Made by a program: the position numbers and the translations under genes. From an uncultured Pelagibacteraceae bacterium (GTDB lineage Bacteria > Pseudomonadota > Alphaproteobacteria > Pelagibacterales > Pelagibacteraceae), in NCBI GenBank assembly GCA_902515185.1, contig CABXTN010000004.1, positions 614 through 64,613 on the forward strand: 64,000 bases of DNA. Reading direction: 5' to 3'. Under the pieces are notes generated by a model that was given only the letters and a program-made list of their open reading frames with translations, searched no databases and was not told the DNA's origin. Positions within the stretch are counted from its first letter, which is position 1. Each line of letters starts with the position of its first letter. Shown piece after piece: positions 28,464 to 38,667 of this stretch.

Positions 28464-29273
28464 ATGGCAAAAAATTTAGATAAAAAAGGTCTAAAATCTA
28501 TAATTGGAGAATTCGATCTTTTGTTTATCGATATTTGGGGAGTGCTCCATAATGGTATTAATTTATATGACCAATCTGTTGAAGTTTTGAATGAATTGGA
28601 AAAGAAAAATATAGAGTATATTCTTTTGACAAACGCACCAAGACCTAATGATACTGTTATAAATTTTCTAAACAAGATGGGTCTAGATAATAAAAAATGT
28701 AAAAAAGTTTTTACCTCTGGTGAGGCGGCTTTAAAATATTTAAAATCAGAATTACAAAATTTAAAATTTTATCATATAGGTCCACCCAGAGATTTTGACT
28801 TATTTAAACTACTTGAAAAAAATAAAGTTAAGAATATTAATGAAAGTGATTTTCTTTTATGCACAGGGCTATTTGATAATTTTGAAGATGATCTAAATTT
28901 TTATAAAAAAATTTTTAAAAATTGCACAGAAAAAAAGATGATATGTACAAATCCAGATTTAATTGTTGATAGGGGAGATCAAACAGAATTTTGCGCTGGT
29001 TCAGTTGCAAAAGTATTTGAAGATATGGGAGGAAAAGTTGAATATTTTGGAAAACCTTACCCATTAGTTTACAATCAGTCAGCTGACATTAAAAATAAAA
29101 GAATTCTATGTATTGGAGATAATTTGAATACAGATATCAAGGGAGCAAATTTACAAAATTTTAGTTCCCTTTTTATATTAAGTGGTATTCATAAAAACTC
29201 AAAAGATTTAAATAAACTATTATCAAATCACAAAGTTAGAGTAGACTACACACAATCAAAACTATTATGGTAA
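28464..29273 (+). CDS. HAD-IIA hydrolase (TIGR01459-like)
   Basis: DIWGVLHNG, TNAPRP, CTNPD, GKPY, IGDNLNTDI. Confidence 0.9.
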   Translation: MAKNLDKKGLKSIIGEFDLLFIDIWGVLHNGINLYDQSVEVLNELEKKNIEYILLTNAPRPNDTVINFLNKMGLDNKKCKKVFTSGEAALKYLKSELQNLKFYHIGPPRDFDLFKLLEKNKVKNINESDFLLCTGLFDNFEDDLNFYKKIFKNCTEKKMICTNPDLIVDRGDQTEFCAGSVAKVFEDMGGKVEYFGKPYPLVYNQSADIKNKRILCIGDNLNTDIKGANLQNFSSLFILSGIHKNSKDLNKLLSNHKVRVDYTQSKLLW

Positions 29274-30196
29274 ATAATATTACTAATTATAAAAACTTTA
29301 ACATAAAAAAAAAACACAAAGGTTCAATTATTTTAATTGGAAATTTTGATGGTCTTCATCTTGGCCATCAAAAATTATTTCATAGGGCAAGTATTCTTAA
29401 AAAGAAAACAAAACTTAACGTAGGGGTTTATACATTTGACCCAATACCAAAAATGTTTTTTTTTAAAGAACTTAAAAATTATAGAATTTCAAATTTTAGT
29501 CAAAAATTAAACCTTTTTAAAAAATTTAAAGTTGATTTTGTTATAAACCAGAAATTTAACAAAAAATTTTCAAAAATAAATTGTAAAAAATTTATAGAAA
29601 ATATTTTATATAAAAAATTAAAAGCTAATTATATTTTTGTAAGTAGTAATTTTAGATTTGGAAATAATAGAGAAGGAGATGTTAAATTATTAAAGTCTCT
29701 AGAAAAAAAATATAATTACAAAATTTTTGAACCATCTGCTTTAAAAACTAAAAATAAAATAATATCTTCTACTCTGATTAGAAGTTTATTGCAAAAAGGA
29801 AGACTACATTTAGCAAATAAGTATTTAGGTAGAAAATGGTCTGTTGAAGGAAATGTCATCAAAGGTAGACAGATGGGAAAAAAAATTGGATTTCCAACAT
29901 GTAATATTGATATACAGAATTATGTGATAGCTAAGCTAGGTGTATATGCTGTAAAAATTTTTATTGAAAAAAACAACAAATCTTTTAAAGGCATAGCTAA
30001 TCTAGGATATAGACCAACTTTTAATCAAAAAAAAATTCTTTTAGAAGTAAATATATTTAATTTTAATAAAAATATTTATAATAAAAAGCTGACTGTACAA
30101 TTTTTAAAGTTTATAAGAGGAGAAAAAAAATTTAGCGGTATAAATCAATTAAAAAAACAAATTTTGTTAGACTTAAAAATTGCGAAAAAATATTAA
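29267..30196 (+). CDS. ribF: Riboflavin kinase / FAD synthetase
   Basis: GNFDGLHLGH, ISSTLIR, IGFPTCN, RPTF. Confidence 0.96.
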   Translation: MVNNITNYKNFNIKKKHKGSIILIGNFDGLHLGHQKLFHRASILKKKTKLNVGVYTFDPIPKMFFFKELKNYRISNFSQKLNLFKKFKVDFVINQKFNKKFSKINCKKFIENILYKKLKANYIFVSSNFRFGNNREGDVKLLKSLEKKYNYKIFEPSALKTKNKIISSTLIRSLLQKGRLHLANKYLGRKWSVEGNVIKGRQMGKKIGFPTCNIDIQNYVIAKLGVYAVKIFIEKNNKSFKGIANLGYRPTFNQKKILLEVNIFNFNKNIYNKKLTVQFLKFIRGEKKFSGINQLKKQILLDLKIAKKY

Positions 30197-30199
30197 ATT

Positions 30200-32932
30200 A
30201 TGACCAAGGAAAATATCAATCTTCCAAAAACAGCCTTTTCCATGAAGGCAAATCTTCCAAACAAAGAACCAGGATTTATTGAATATTGGAATAAAATTAA
30301 TCTTTATGAAAAATTGAGAAAAAATAGCAACGGTAAAGAAAAATTTGTTCTGCATGATGGCCCACCATATGCAAACGGAAACATACATATGGGTACAGCT
30401 TTAAATAAAATCCTTAAAGATATAATAATAAAATTTCATCAAATGAGTGGAAAAGACTCTGTTTATGTACCAGGTTGGGATTGTCATGGTTTACCAATCG
30501 AGTGGAAAATTGAGGAACAATATAAAAAAAATAAAAAAAATAAAAATGATGTCCCAATTGTTGAGTTTAGAAAAGAGTGCAGAGACTTTGCAAATAAATG
30601 GATAAAAATTCATAAAGATCAATTTAAAAGACTTGGTGTTATTGGTGATTGGGAAAATTATTACTCAACAATGAGTTTTGATGCAGAAGCACAAATTGTA
30701 AGAGAACTTGGTAAATTTTTAAAAGAAGGTAGTTTATACAGAGGATATAAACCTGTTCTATGGTCCACTGTTGAAAAGACAGCATTAGCTGATGCAGAAG
30801 TTGAATATATGGATCATATTTCGGATACAATATACGCATCATTTCCAGTTAAAAAAACAAATCATGATCATTTAAAAGACTGTGAAATTATTATATGGAC
30901 AACAACTCCTTGGACTATACCTGCAAATAAAGCTTTGGCTTTTAATCAGTCTTTAAATTATATAATCATAAAAATTGAGGATCCTGGTGTATTTGAAGGT
31001 AGAAAAATTGTTCTAGCTGAAGATTTGTTAGAGAGTTTAATTAAAGATTGTGAAATTAAAAAGTATAAAAAAATTAAAAAATTTTCTGGAGAAAATTTTA
31101 AAGGAACAATTTGTTCTCATCCTTTTTTAAAAATTGGTTATGATTATGATATACCAATGTTAGAAGCACGTTTTGTTACAATCGAGCAAGGATCAGGAAT
31201 TGTCCATTGCGCGCCAAGCCATGGACCTGACGATTTTAATTTATGTATAAATAATGGAATCAAAGCATTAGAAACAGTTGATGGTGATGGAAAATATACT
31301 AGCAATATTTCTCTATTTGAGGGAACCCATATTTTTAAAGCTAATCAAATAATTATAGAAAAATTAAAAGAACAAAAAAATTTATTAGCCTCAGGAAAAC
31401 TCAAGCATTCTTATCCTCATTCATGGAGATCTAAAGCACCTTTAGTGCATAGAGCAACTCCACAGTGGTTTATATCTATGGAAAGTCACGGTTTAAGAAA
31501 TAAAGCATTAAAAGCAATTGATGAGACATCATTTTATCCTAGCAAAGGTAAGGAAAGACTAAGATCAATGATAGAAACAAGACCTGACTGGTGTGTTTCT
31601 AGACAAAGGGTTTGGGGTGTTCCACTTCCAATTTTTGTATCAAAAAAAAATGGAGAAATTTTAATTGATCAAAAGGTTTTTGATAACATTGCTAAAATTT
31701 TTGAAAAAGAGGGTTCAGACTGTTGGTTCTCAGATGATCCACAAAAATTTTTAGGCTCAAAGTATAAATCATCAGAGTATGAAAAATTGAGCGACATTGT
31801 TGAAGTTTGGTTTGATAGTGGCTCTACGCACTCTTTTGTTTTAGAAACAAGAAAAGATTTAAAGTGGCCTGCTTCTATGTATTTAGAAGGATCAGATCAG
31901 CATAGAGGTTGGTTTCATTCTTCACTTCTACAATCATGCGGCACTAGAGGAAAAGCACCTTTTGAAAGTATTTTATCCCATGGTTTTGTAGTCGATGGAA
32001 AAGGACTGAAGATGTCTAAGTCTACTGGAAATGTAATTTCGCCAGACGATATATTAAAAAAATATGGTGCAGATATTCTAAGAATTTGGGTAGCTTCATC
32101 AAACTATGCAGAAGATTTAAGAATAGATTATACAATTCTCGAACAGCATGCTGAAGCTTATAGAAAAATAAGAAATACTTTTAGATATTTAATGGGTAAT
32201 TTAAATGATAATTTTCAAGAGATAGATTTTGAAAAAGTAGATACTAAAAAATTACCATATTTAGAGCAATATATGCTTCATAAAGTTTTTACTTTAAATT
32301 ACAATTTTCTTAATAATTTTAATTCTTATAATTTTCATGTTTTGTATAAAGAATTATTAAATTTTTGTACAGTAGATCTATCTTCATTTTATTTTGATAT
32401 AAGAAAAGATACACTTTATTGTGATCCTAAAGAATCTCAAAAAAGAAGAGATTGTATCCTTGTATTAAATATAATTTTAGATTGTTTGTTAAAATGGTTC
32501 GCACCAATTTTGTCGTTTACAACAGAAGAAATATTTAAATTACTGAATAAAGAAAATGATAATAGTATTCATTTAAAGCAATTCCCTAAAATAAACGAAA
32601 ATTGGGGAAGCAATAAAATCCAACAGGATTGGTCAAATTTAATTGAAATTAGGAATGTAGTAAATTCAAGCATAGAAAAGAAAAGAGAGGATAAAACAAT
32701 AGGATCAAGCCTTGAAGCAAAAGTTAAAATCGAATTAGGTAAAAAGCTTTTTGATCTTGCTAAATCTTATGATTTTTCAGAAATTTGTATTACATCAGAT
32801 GCAGATATAGTTTTAAATGAAAATATTAGCGATGAAATCAAAGTAGAAACAATTAAAGCTGAAGGTGAAAAATGTCCTATTTGTTGGAAGATTTCAAAAA
32901 ATAAATGTGTCAGACATGGTCATATCAAATAG
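30200..32932 (+). CDS. ileS: Isoleucine--tRNA ligase (type 1)
   Basis: HDGPPYANG.HMGT, WTTTPWT, EGSDQHRGWF, KMSKS. Confidence 0.98.
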   Translation: MTKENINLPKTAFSMKANLPNKEPGFIEYWNKINLYEKLRKNSNGKEKFVLHDGPPYANGNIHMGTALNKILKDIIIKFHQMSGKDSVYVPGWDCHGLPIEWKIEEQYKKNKKNKNDVPIVEFRKECRDFANKWIKIHKDQFKRLGVIGDWENYYSTMSFDAEAQIVRELGKFLKEGSLYRGYKPVLWSTVEKTALADAEVEYMDHISDTIYASFPVKKTNHDHLKDCEIIIWTTTPWTIPANKALAFNQSLNYIIIKIEDPGVFEGRKIVLAEDLLESLIKDCEIKKYKKIKKFSGENFKGTICSHPFLKIGYDYDIPMLEARFVTIEQGSGIVHCAPSHGPDDFNLCINNGIKALETVDGDGKYTSNISLFEGTHIFKANQIIIEKLKEQKNLLASGKLKHSYPHSWRSKAPLVHRATPQWFISMESHGLRNKALKAIDETSFYPSKGKERLRSMIETRPDWCVSRQRVWGVPLPIFVSKKNGEILIDQKVFDNIAKIFEKEGSDCWFSDDPQKFLGSKYKSSEYEKLSDIVEVWFDSGSTHSFVLETRKDLKWPASMYLEGSDQHRGWFHSSLLQSCGTRGKAPFESILSHGFVVDGKGLKMSKSTGNVISPDDILKKYGADILRIWVASSNYAEDLRIDYTILEQHAEAYRKIRNTFRYLMGNLNDNFQEIDFEKVDTKKLPYLEQYMLHKVFTLNYNFLNNFNSYNFHVLYKELLNFCTVDLSSFYFDIRKDTLYCDPKESQKRRDCILVLNIILDCLLKWFAPILSFTTEEIFKLLNKENDNSIHLKQFPKINENWGSNKIQQDWSNLIEIRNVVNSSIEKKREDKTIGSSLEAKVKIELGKKLFDLAKSYDFSEICITSDADIVLNENISDEIKVETIKAEGEKCPICWKISKNKCVRHGHIK

Positions 32933-32935
32933 TAT

Positions 32936-33409
32936 ATGAAAAAAAAATATTTAAATCATATTTTAATAATTTCTATAATATTTTTAGTAGATAGATTATC
33001 AAAAATTTACGTAATTAATTTAGCAGACGATTTATCCAACTTTAACATTACTATAACAACTTTTTTAAATATAATTTTAGTTTGGAATTCTGGAATAGGA
33101 TTTGGGCTATTTCAGTTAGAAGGAAACTTAACATATAATTTAATTACTATACTAATAATTATAATTAATTTTGTAATAATTTATTTATTGGTTAATTCTG
33201 ATAATACTCAAAAATTTTTTTTTTCAATGATTCTAGGAGGTTCATTTGGAAATTTGTTTGATAGACTCTATTATTCAGCAGTTCCTGATTTTATAGATTT
33301 AAATTATAATAATTTTCATTGGTTTGTTTTTAATGTTGCTGATATATTTATAACGTTAGGTATTTTGTGCCTTATTTTTGTTGAATTATTTTCAGATAAA
33401 AAGGTTTAA
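32936..33409 (+). CDS. lspA: Lipoprotein signal peptidase
   Basis: N.GIGFG, GNLFDR, V.DFID, FNVAD. Confidence 0.95.
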   Translation: MKKKYLNHILIISIIFLVDRLSKIYVINLADDLSNFNITITTFLNIILVWNSGIGFGLFQLEGNLTYNLITILIIIINFVIIYLLVNSDNTQKFFFSMILGGSFGNLFDRLYYSAVPDFIDLNYNNFHWFVFNVADIFITLGILCLIFVELFSDKKV

Positions 33410-33412
33410 ACA

Positions 33413-33724
33413 ATGAAAAATAATATTATTTTTGTAATCTGCTTTTTGTTTTTTTTAAATTCCTGCCAGTCTGTAAAGGATGGTCTTTCAGGAAGAAAAA
33501 ATGAAAACAGTGATGAATTCTTAGTTGAAAAAAAAAATCCACTAGAAATACCTCCTGACTTTAAAGAACTACCAGTTCCAAAAGTGGACGAAAATAAGAA
33601 TAGATCACAGGAGATAGATGAAGAAATTGAAGAGCTTGTAAAATCTATTACTAAATCAGAAAAAATAAACTCAAAAAATAAATCTGCCGAAGAATTTGTT
33701 ATTAAAGAAATTAATAAAAATTAA
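33413..33724 (+). CDS. DUF3035-like lipoprotein
   Basis: Lipobox LNSC; DEFLV..K.PL.IPPDF..LP.P; follows lspA. Confidence 0.8.
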   Translation: MKNNIIFVICFLFFLNSCQSVKDGLSGRKNENSDEFLVEKKNPLEIPPDFKELPVPKVDENKNRSQEIDEEIEELVKSITKSEKINSKNKSAEEFVIKEINKN

Positions 33725-34827
33725 TGTTCACTAAAAATATAATTTTTAAAAATTTTAAGGAAATAAAATTTAATAATAAATTAAAAAAAATATTAGTAGA
33801 TTATTCAAAAACAGAATTAATAAAGAGTTTTTCTAAGAATTATCAGTACAGTTTTGATAAAATAAAAATAAAAAAATATATGAAATTTCAAAATTTTAAT
33901 CTAATCGGTATGGGAGGTTCATCATTAGGAACAAAAGCTATCTATAGTTTTCTGAACAATAAAATTAAAAAAAAATTTAATTTTATCGATAATATAAATC
34001 TAAATCAAAAAATTAACTCAAAAAAGAGAACTTTAAATATAATAGTTTCAAAGTCAGGAAATACTCTAGAAACAATATCAAATTTTGAAAATATAAAAAA
34101 TAAAAATAAAAATTTATTTATCTGCGAAAATTCAAATAATTACTTAAGAAAAATTGCAAATCAATTAACTGATGAGATTATTGATCACAACAATTTTATT
34201 GGAGGTAGATACTCAGTTCTATCTGAAGTCGGTATGCTACCTGCAATATTAATGGGTTTAGATGATAAAAAATTTAAGAGATTTGATAATTTAATTAAAA
34301 ATAAAAAATTTGTTAATGAATTAATTAAAAATGTTTCATCAATAATAAAGTTAATAAAAAATAAAAAATTAAATTCTATAATTTTAAATTTTGATGAGGA
34401 GTCAGAGGATCTCTTTAAATGGTATCAGCAGTTATTAGCTGAGAGTTTGGGCAAAAAATCTAAAGGTCTTCTGCCCTTGATATCAAATCTTCCTAAAGAC
34501 AATCATAGTATGATGCAATTATACTTAGATGGACCAAAAAATAGTTTTTATACGTTCTTTGATGTGCTTGAAAATTCAAAATATGGAATGTTAAAAAAAA
34601 TTAAATTATCTCAAAAACAGGCTACAAAAAATATTTTTAATAAAAAGAAAATTCCTTATCGTAGCTTTGATTTAAGAAATAGATCTGAGTCATCTTTGGG
34701 GGAAATGTTTATTTTTTTTATGTTAGAAACAATTTTACTTGGTCATATGTTGAAAGTGAATCCTTTCGACCAGCCATCTGTAGAATTAATTAAAATAGAA
34801 ACAAATAAAATTTTAAAAAAATTATAA
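33724..34827 (+). CDS. pgi: Glucose-6-phosphate isomerase (compact)
   Basis: GMGGSSLG, SKSGNTLET, GGRYS, QLLAESLGK, D.HS, NPFDQP.VE..K. Confidence 0.9.
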   Translation: MFTKNIIFKNFKEIKFNNKLKKILVDYSKTELIKSFSKNYQYSFDKIKIKKYMKFQNFNLIGMGGSSLGTKAIYSFLNNKIKKKFNFIDNINLNQKINSKKRTLNIIVSKSGNTLETISNFENIKNKNKNLFICENSNNYLRKIANQLTDEIIDHNNFIGGRYSVLSEVGMLPAILMGLDDKKFKRFDNLIKNKKFVNELIKNVSSIIKLIKNKKLNSIILNFDEESEDLFKWYQQLLAESLGKKSKGLLPLISNLPKDNHSMMQLYLDGPKNSFYTFFDVLENSKYGMLKKIKLSQKQATKNIFNKKKIPYRSFDLRNRSESSLGEMFIFFMLETILLGHMLKVNPFDQPSVELIKIETNKILKKL

Positions 34828-35385
34828 TTTAATAAAAAAAATTTTTGATATACCGTAAGTTTTTTCCAGAACTACATTAAAGTCATTTTCAATAGAATCT
34901 TTGTATTTTTTACTTCTGTGCAAAATAATTATTCCACTTTTATCAAGTAATTTTAGATTTTTTATGTCCAATATTAGTTTTCTTATTCTTTCCTCTTTAA
35001 ATGGAGGATCAAGAAAAATTAAATCAAATTTACTTTTAAAGAAATCTTTATCTTTTATTAACTTAAAAATATCAATTTTTATTAATTCAATACTATTTTT
35101 ACATTTAAAATGATTAATATTTTTTTCTAATATTTTTATAGCTGGAGCATAGTTTTCACAAAAAGTTATATTTGATGCTCCTCTAGACAAACATTCCAAA
35201 CCAAAAGAACCTGAACCAGAAAAAAGATCAAGTACATTTGAATTTACAATTTCAACTTCAACATGTTTAGAGTGTTTTATCAGATTAAATATCGATTCTT
35301 TTGTTAAATCTTTAAGTGGTCTGGTAAATTTATCCAGAGGTTGGATTATTTTTTTTCCTTTGTACTTACCAGAAATTATCCTCAT
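34822..35385 (-). CDS. rsmD: 16S rRNA m2G966 methyltransferase
   Basis: MRIISG, TRP, LDLFSGSG, FLDPPF. Confidence 0.93.
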   Translation of the reverse strand: MRIISGKYKGKKIIQPLDKFTRPLKDLTKESIFNLIKHSKHVEVEIVNSNVLDLFSGSGSFGLECLSRGASNITFCENYAPAIKILEKNINHFKCKNSIELIKIDIFKLIKDKDFFKSKFDLIFLDPPFKEERIRKLILDIKNLKLLDKSGIIILHRSKKYKDSIENDFNVVLEKTYGISKIFFIKL

Positions 35386-36650
35386 AAATTTGTGACTTTA
35401 TATCCAATATCTTTTCTATAAAAACCATCCATCCAATTTATTTTTTTCAGTACTTCTAGAGCTTTGTTTTTGCAATCTGTAAAGGTATCTGATGTTATAA
35501 CAACGTTTAAGACTCTACCACCATCTGAGTAAATATCTTTATCTATAGATTTTGTACCTGCATGAAAAATAAAATGTCCTTTTTCTTTAATCTCTAAATT
35601 TTTAATATTATCAATCTTTATATTTTTTTTATAATTTCCAGGATATCCATTTGAGCATAGAACAAAACAAATACTTTTTTCATTAAGCCATTCAATTTTT
35701 TCTGATTTTAAATCATTATTACAACAAGATAAAATTATCTTTCCCAAGTCTGACTTCAGTAAAGGTAATATTGTTTGACATTCTGGGTCTCCCATTCTTA
35801 CATTATATTCTATTAAGTACGGTTCATTATCTACAATCATAAGCCCAACATAAAGAAAGCCAACATACTGAGTATTTAAATCTTCTAATCCTTTTAATGT
35901 AGGTTCTATAATTTTTTTATTTATCTTATTTTGTAATTCAAGATTATTTAATCTTGATGGGGAATACGCACCCATTCCACCAGTATTAGATCCGGTATCC
36001 CCTTCACCAACTCTTTTGTGGTCCTGCGCAGTCTGAAAAAAACTATAATTTTTTCCATCACAAATAACAAAATAACTCATCTCCTCACCTTTTAAAAATT
36101 CTTCGATTAAAACAAGTTCTGCATTTCCAAATTTACCATCAAATATTTCATGAACTGCAGATATTGATTCTTCTTTGGAACCGCAAATATAAACACCTTT
36201 TCCAGCTGCCAAACCATCAGCTTTTATTACTATAGGAAAATTAGAATTATTGAGAAATCTAATAGCGTCTTCCCTATTTTTAAAAATTTCAAAATTAGAG
36301 GTAGGTATATTAAATTTTTTACAAAGCATTTTTGTAAACGTTTTTGATCCTTCTAACTGAGATGAAATTTTATTAGGTCCAAAAATTTTTATTTTTGTAT
36401 TTTTAAAAAAATCTACAATACCATTTACAAGAGGTTTTTCTGGGCCAACTATTAATAATTCGATATTCTTTTTTTCAGATATTTTTTTTATTTCACTAAA
36501 ATTATCAATATTTATATCATAGTTTTCAGCTATTTTGCTTGTACCCGCATTACCAGGAAAACAATAAATTTTTTCAATAATTTTTGATTCATTAAGTTTT
36601 AAACATAAAGCATGTTCACGCCCACCACTTCCAATAATTCCAATATTCAT
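35382..36650 (-). CDS. purD: Phosphoribosylamine--glycine ligase
   Basis: GSGGREHAL, KADGLAAGKGV, QDHKR, NTGGMGAYSP, RMGDPE. Confidence 0.98.
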   Translation of the reverse strand: MNIGIIGSGGREHALCLKLNESKIIEKIYCFPGNAGTSKIAENYDINIDNFSEIKKISEKKNIELLIVGPEKPLVNGIVDFFKNTKIKIFGPNKISSQLEGSKTFTKMLCKKFNIPTSNFEIFKNREDAIRFLNNSNFPIVIKADGLAAGKGVYICGSKEESISAVHEIFDGKFGNAELVLIEEFLKGEEMSYFVICDGKNYSFFQTAQDHKRVGEGDTGSNTGGMGAYSPSRLNNLELQNKINKKIIEPTLKGLEDLNTQYVGFLYVGLMIVDNEPYLIEYNVRMGDPECQTILPLLKSDLGKIILSCCNNDLKSEKIEWLNEKSICFVLCSNGYPGNYKKNIKIDNIKNLEIKEKGHFIFHAGTKSIDKDIYSDGGRVLNVVITSDTFTDCKNKALEVLKKINWMDGFYRKDIGYKVTNL

Positions 36651-36674
36651 ATATATATTTTATATATCTTAATT

Positions 36675-36866
36675 ATGAAAAATAAATTAGCTAAATTAAA
36701 ATATTTGCCAAACAATTTTGAAATTCTAGTTCCAGGTGATCATGTAGTATGCGCCATATCCAATAAAAAAATACCCTTAGATCAATTAACTTACTGGAAT
36801 GTAGAATTGCAAGAACCTTACTTCTCTTATATTGAGGCTGCTAAAAAAAAAGATATAAGTTTATAA
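36675..36866 (+). CDS. DUF2093-like small protein
   Basis: PGDHVVCAIS..IPL..L.YWNV..QEPY; ATG 36675 avoids overlap with purD. Confidence 0.82.
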   Translation: MKNKLAKLKYLPNNFEILVPGDHVVCAISNKKIPLDQLTYWNVELQEPYFSYIEAAKKKDISL

Positions 36867-36869
36867 AAC

Positions 36870-37733
36870 CTATAATTTCCATCTATTATGAGTAAGTATC
36901 CATTGCTCAGGATTTTTTAATATCATTTTTTCAATCCATTTATTAAGGTTTTTTGTAATGTCATTTGAACTTTGGTTTTTATCAAAATAAATTGGTTTAT
37001 TTATAATTATCTTAAAATTTACTTCATTTACCCTTTCAATATACAAAGTTAGGATTGGGCAATTAAATTTTTTAACTAATTGTGCTGGTATAGAAGTTGT
37101 AAAAGCTGGTTTATTAAATAAATTCACTTTAACACCTTCAGTTACTCTTTGATCAATCATTAAAGCAATAGAAATATTTTTTTTGAATAAGTTCAAAATT
37201 TCACGTAAACCAGAAAGTCCTTTTTTTATTTGTATCTTACAAATATAATTTTTACGTATTTTTTCCATTGTTTTATTTAAAAAAAAATTGTTTAAGGGTC
37301 TGTAAATAGCTCCTAGCTTTACACCTGTTTTTTCAATCTCCATTGCCATTAATTCAAAGTTATTAAAGTGACCTGAAACAAAAACAACTGGCTGATTCTT
37401 TTTCTTTATATCGTACAAATATTCTAAGCCAACTATTTCTATATGCTTTTTTAATTTGTCGTTCCTAAAATCTTTTATAAACATATATTCAGCTAAAATT
37501 TTTCCGTAATTACCCCACATTTCTTCGATAATTTTACTTTCGTCTTCTGGTTTTAAATCTGGAATTATATAACTTAAGTTTTTTTTTATTGTTTTTTTTG
37601 ATTTAAAAATTGGGCCTAGTTTTTTTCCGATAACATTACCTAGTCTAGATGCTTTTTTATATCTTAAAATTTTAAATATAATAAATAAAATTTTTATAAT
37701 GCAAAACTGAAAAAAGTAACTAATTGATTTCAT
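36870..37733 (-). CDS. lpxL: Lipid A late acyltransferase (LpxL/HtrB family)
   Basis: GHFNNFEL, YRPLNN, MIDQ, PEQW..H.RWK. Confidence 0.88.
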   Translation of the reverse strand: MKSISYFFQFCIIKILFIIFKILRYKKASRLGNVIGKKLGPIFKSKKTIKKNLSYIIPDLKPEDESKIIEEMWGNYGKILAEYMFIKDFRNDKLKKHIEIVGLEYLYDIKKKNQPVVFVSGHFNNFELMAMEIEKTGVKLGAIYRPLNNFFLNKTMEKIRKNYICKIQIKKGLSGLREILNLFKKNISIALMIDQRVTEGVKVNLFNKPAFTTSIPAQLVKKFNCPILTLYIERVNEVNFKIIINKPIYFDKNQSSNDITKNLNKWIEKMILKNPEQWILTHNRWKL

Positions 37734-38667
37734 GCTTCGATTTTAAAAAATTTACAAATTCTTTTTTTTTACTAATTGTTAGTTCTATTTTTGCCACCAT
37801 AATTTTATCTAAATATTTTTTTTCTAATTTTATGAAATCTTTTTCAGTAGTAATAATTTTAGTATTATTAACTTTTGCAAAATGAATAATTTTCTGTAAA
37901 TCATCATCTTTATAATTATGATGATCAGGGAACTTGAATTCTTTAATAATTTTTAATTCATTTTTATTTAGTAATTCAAAAAAATTTTTAGAATTACCAA
38001 TACCTGAAAAAATTGTATAATTTATATCTTTATTAAATTTACTTAAATTTTTAAGTTCATAATTAGATTCAAAAATTTCAATTTTAGGATTTATTTCTTT
38101 TATTTGATTTATGATTTTTTCATTTAATAATTTATTTCCATTTAACACCACAGCATCATATTTTTTTAAAGCTTCAATTTTCTCTCTTAGTGGACCAGCT
38201 GGTATTAGAAAACCATTTCCTATCCACAGTAAATTACTAAAACAAACTATACTTAAATCATAATTAATGGATCTATCTTGTAGTCCATCATCGAATACAG
38301 CATATTTATAACCATGATTTTCAGCTTCTTTTAATGCATTTAATCTATTTTTCTTACAAATTAAATTTGAATATTTTTTGATCAGCTTTTGCTCATCAAG
38401 TTGATTTTTGTAAAACTTTTTTATTACTATACTTTTAATATTTTCTTGATTGAGTAAATCATAGATTTTAATTGAAAGCGGCGTCTTTCCCGTTCCACCA
38501 ATATATATATTACCAACACAAACTTTAATTATTCTATCTTTCTTCCAATTTTTCTTTTTTTTTAAAAAGAAATTATTTAGTGAAATAGGTAATGTTAAAG
38601 GAAGCAAAAAGTAAGATAAAAAATTAGGTTTTTTTAAATCCCAAAACTCAGGCTTACTAAATTTCAT
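37720..38667 (-). CDS. lpxK: Tetraacyldisaccharide 4'-kinase
   Basis: VGNIYIGGTGKTP, DDGLQD, PAGPLRE, FPDHH, TTEKD. Confidence 0.96.
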   Translation of the reverse strand: MKFSKPEFWDLKKPNFLSYFLLPLTLPISLNNFFLKKKKNWKKDRIIKVCVGNIYIGGTGKTPLSIKIYDLLNQENIKSIVIKKFYKNQLDEQKLIKKYSNLICKKNRLNALKEAENHGYKYAVFDDGLQDRSINYDLSIVCFSNLLWIGNGFLIPAGPLREKIEALKKYDAVVLNGNKLLNEKIINQIKEINPKIEIFESNYELKNLSKFNKDINYTIFSGIGNSKNFFELLNKNELKIIKEFKFPDHHNYKDDDLQKIIHFAKVNNTKIITTEKDFIKLEKKYLDKIMVAKIELTISKKKEFVNFLKSKHEIN

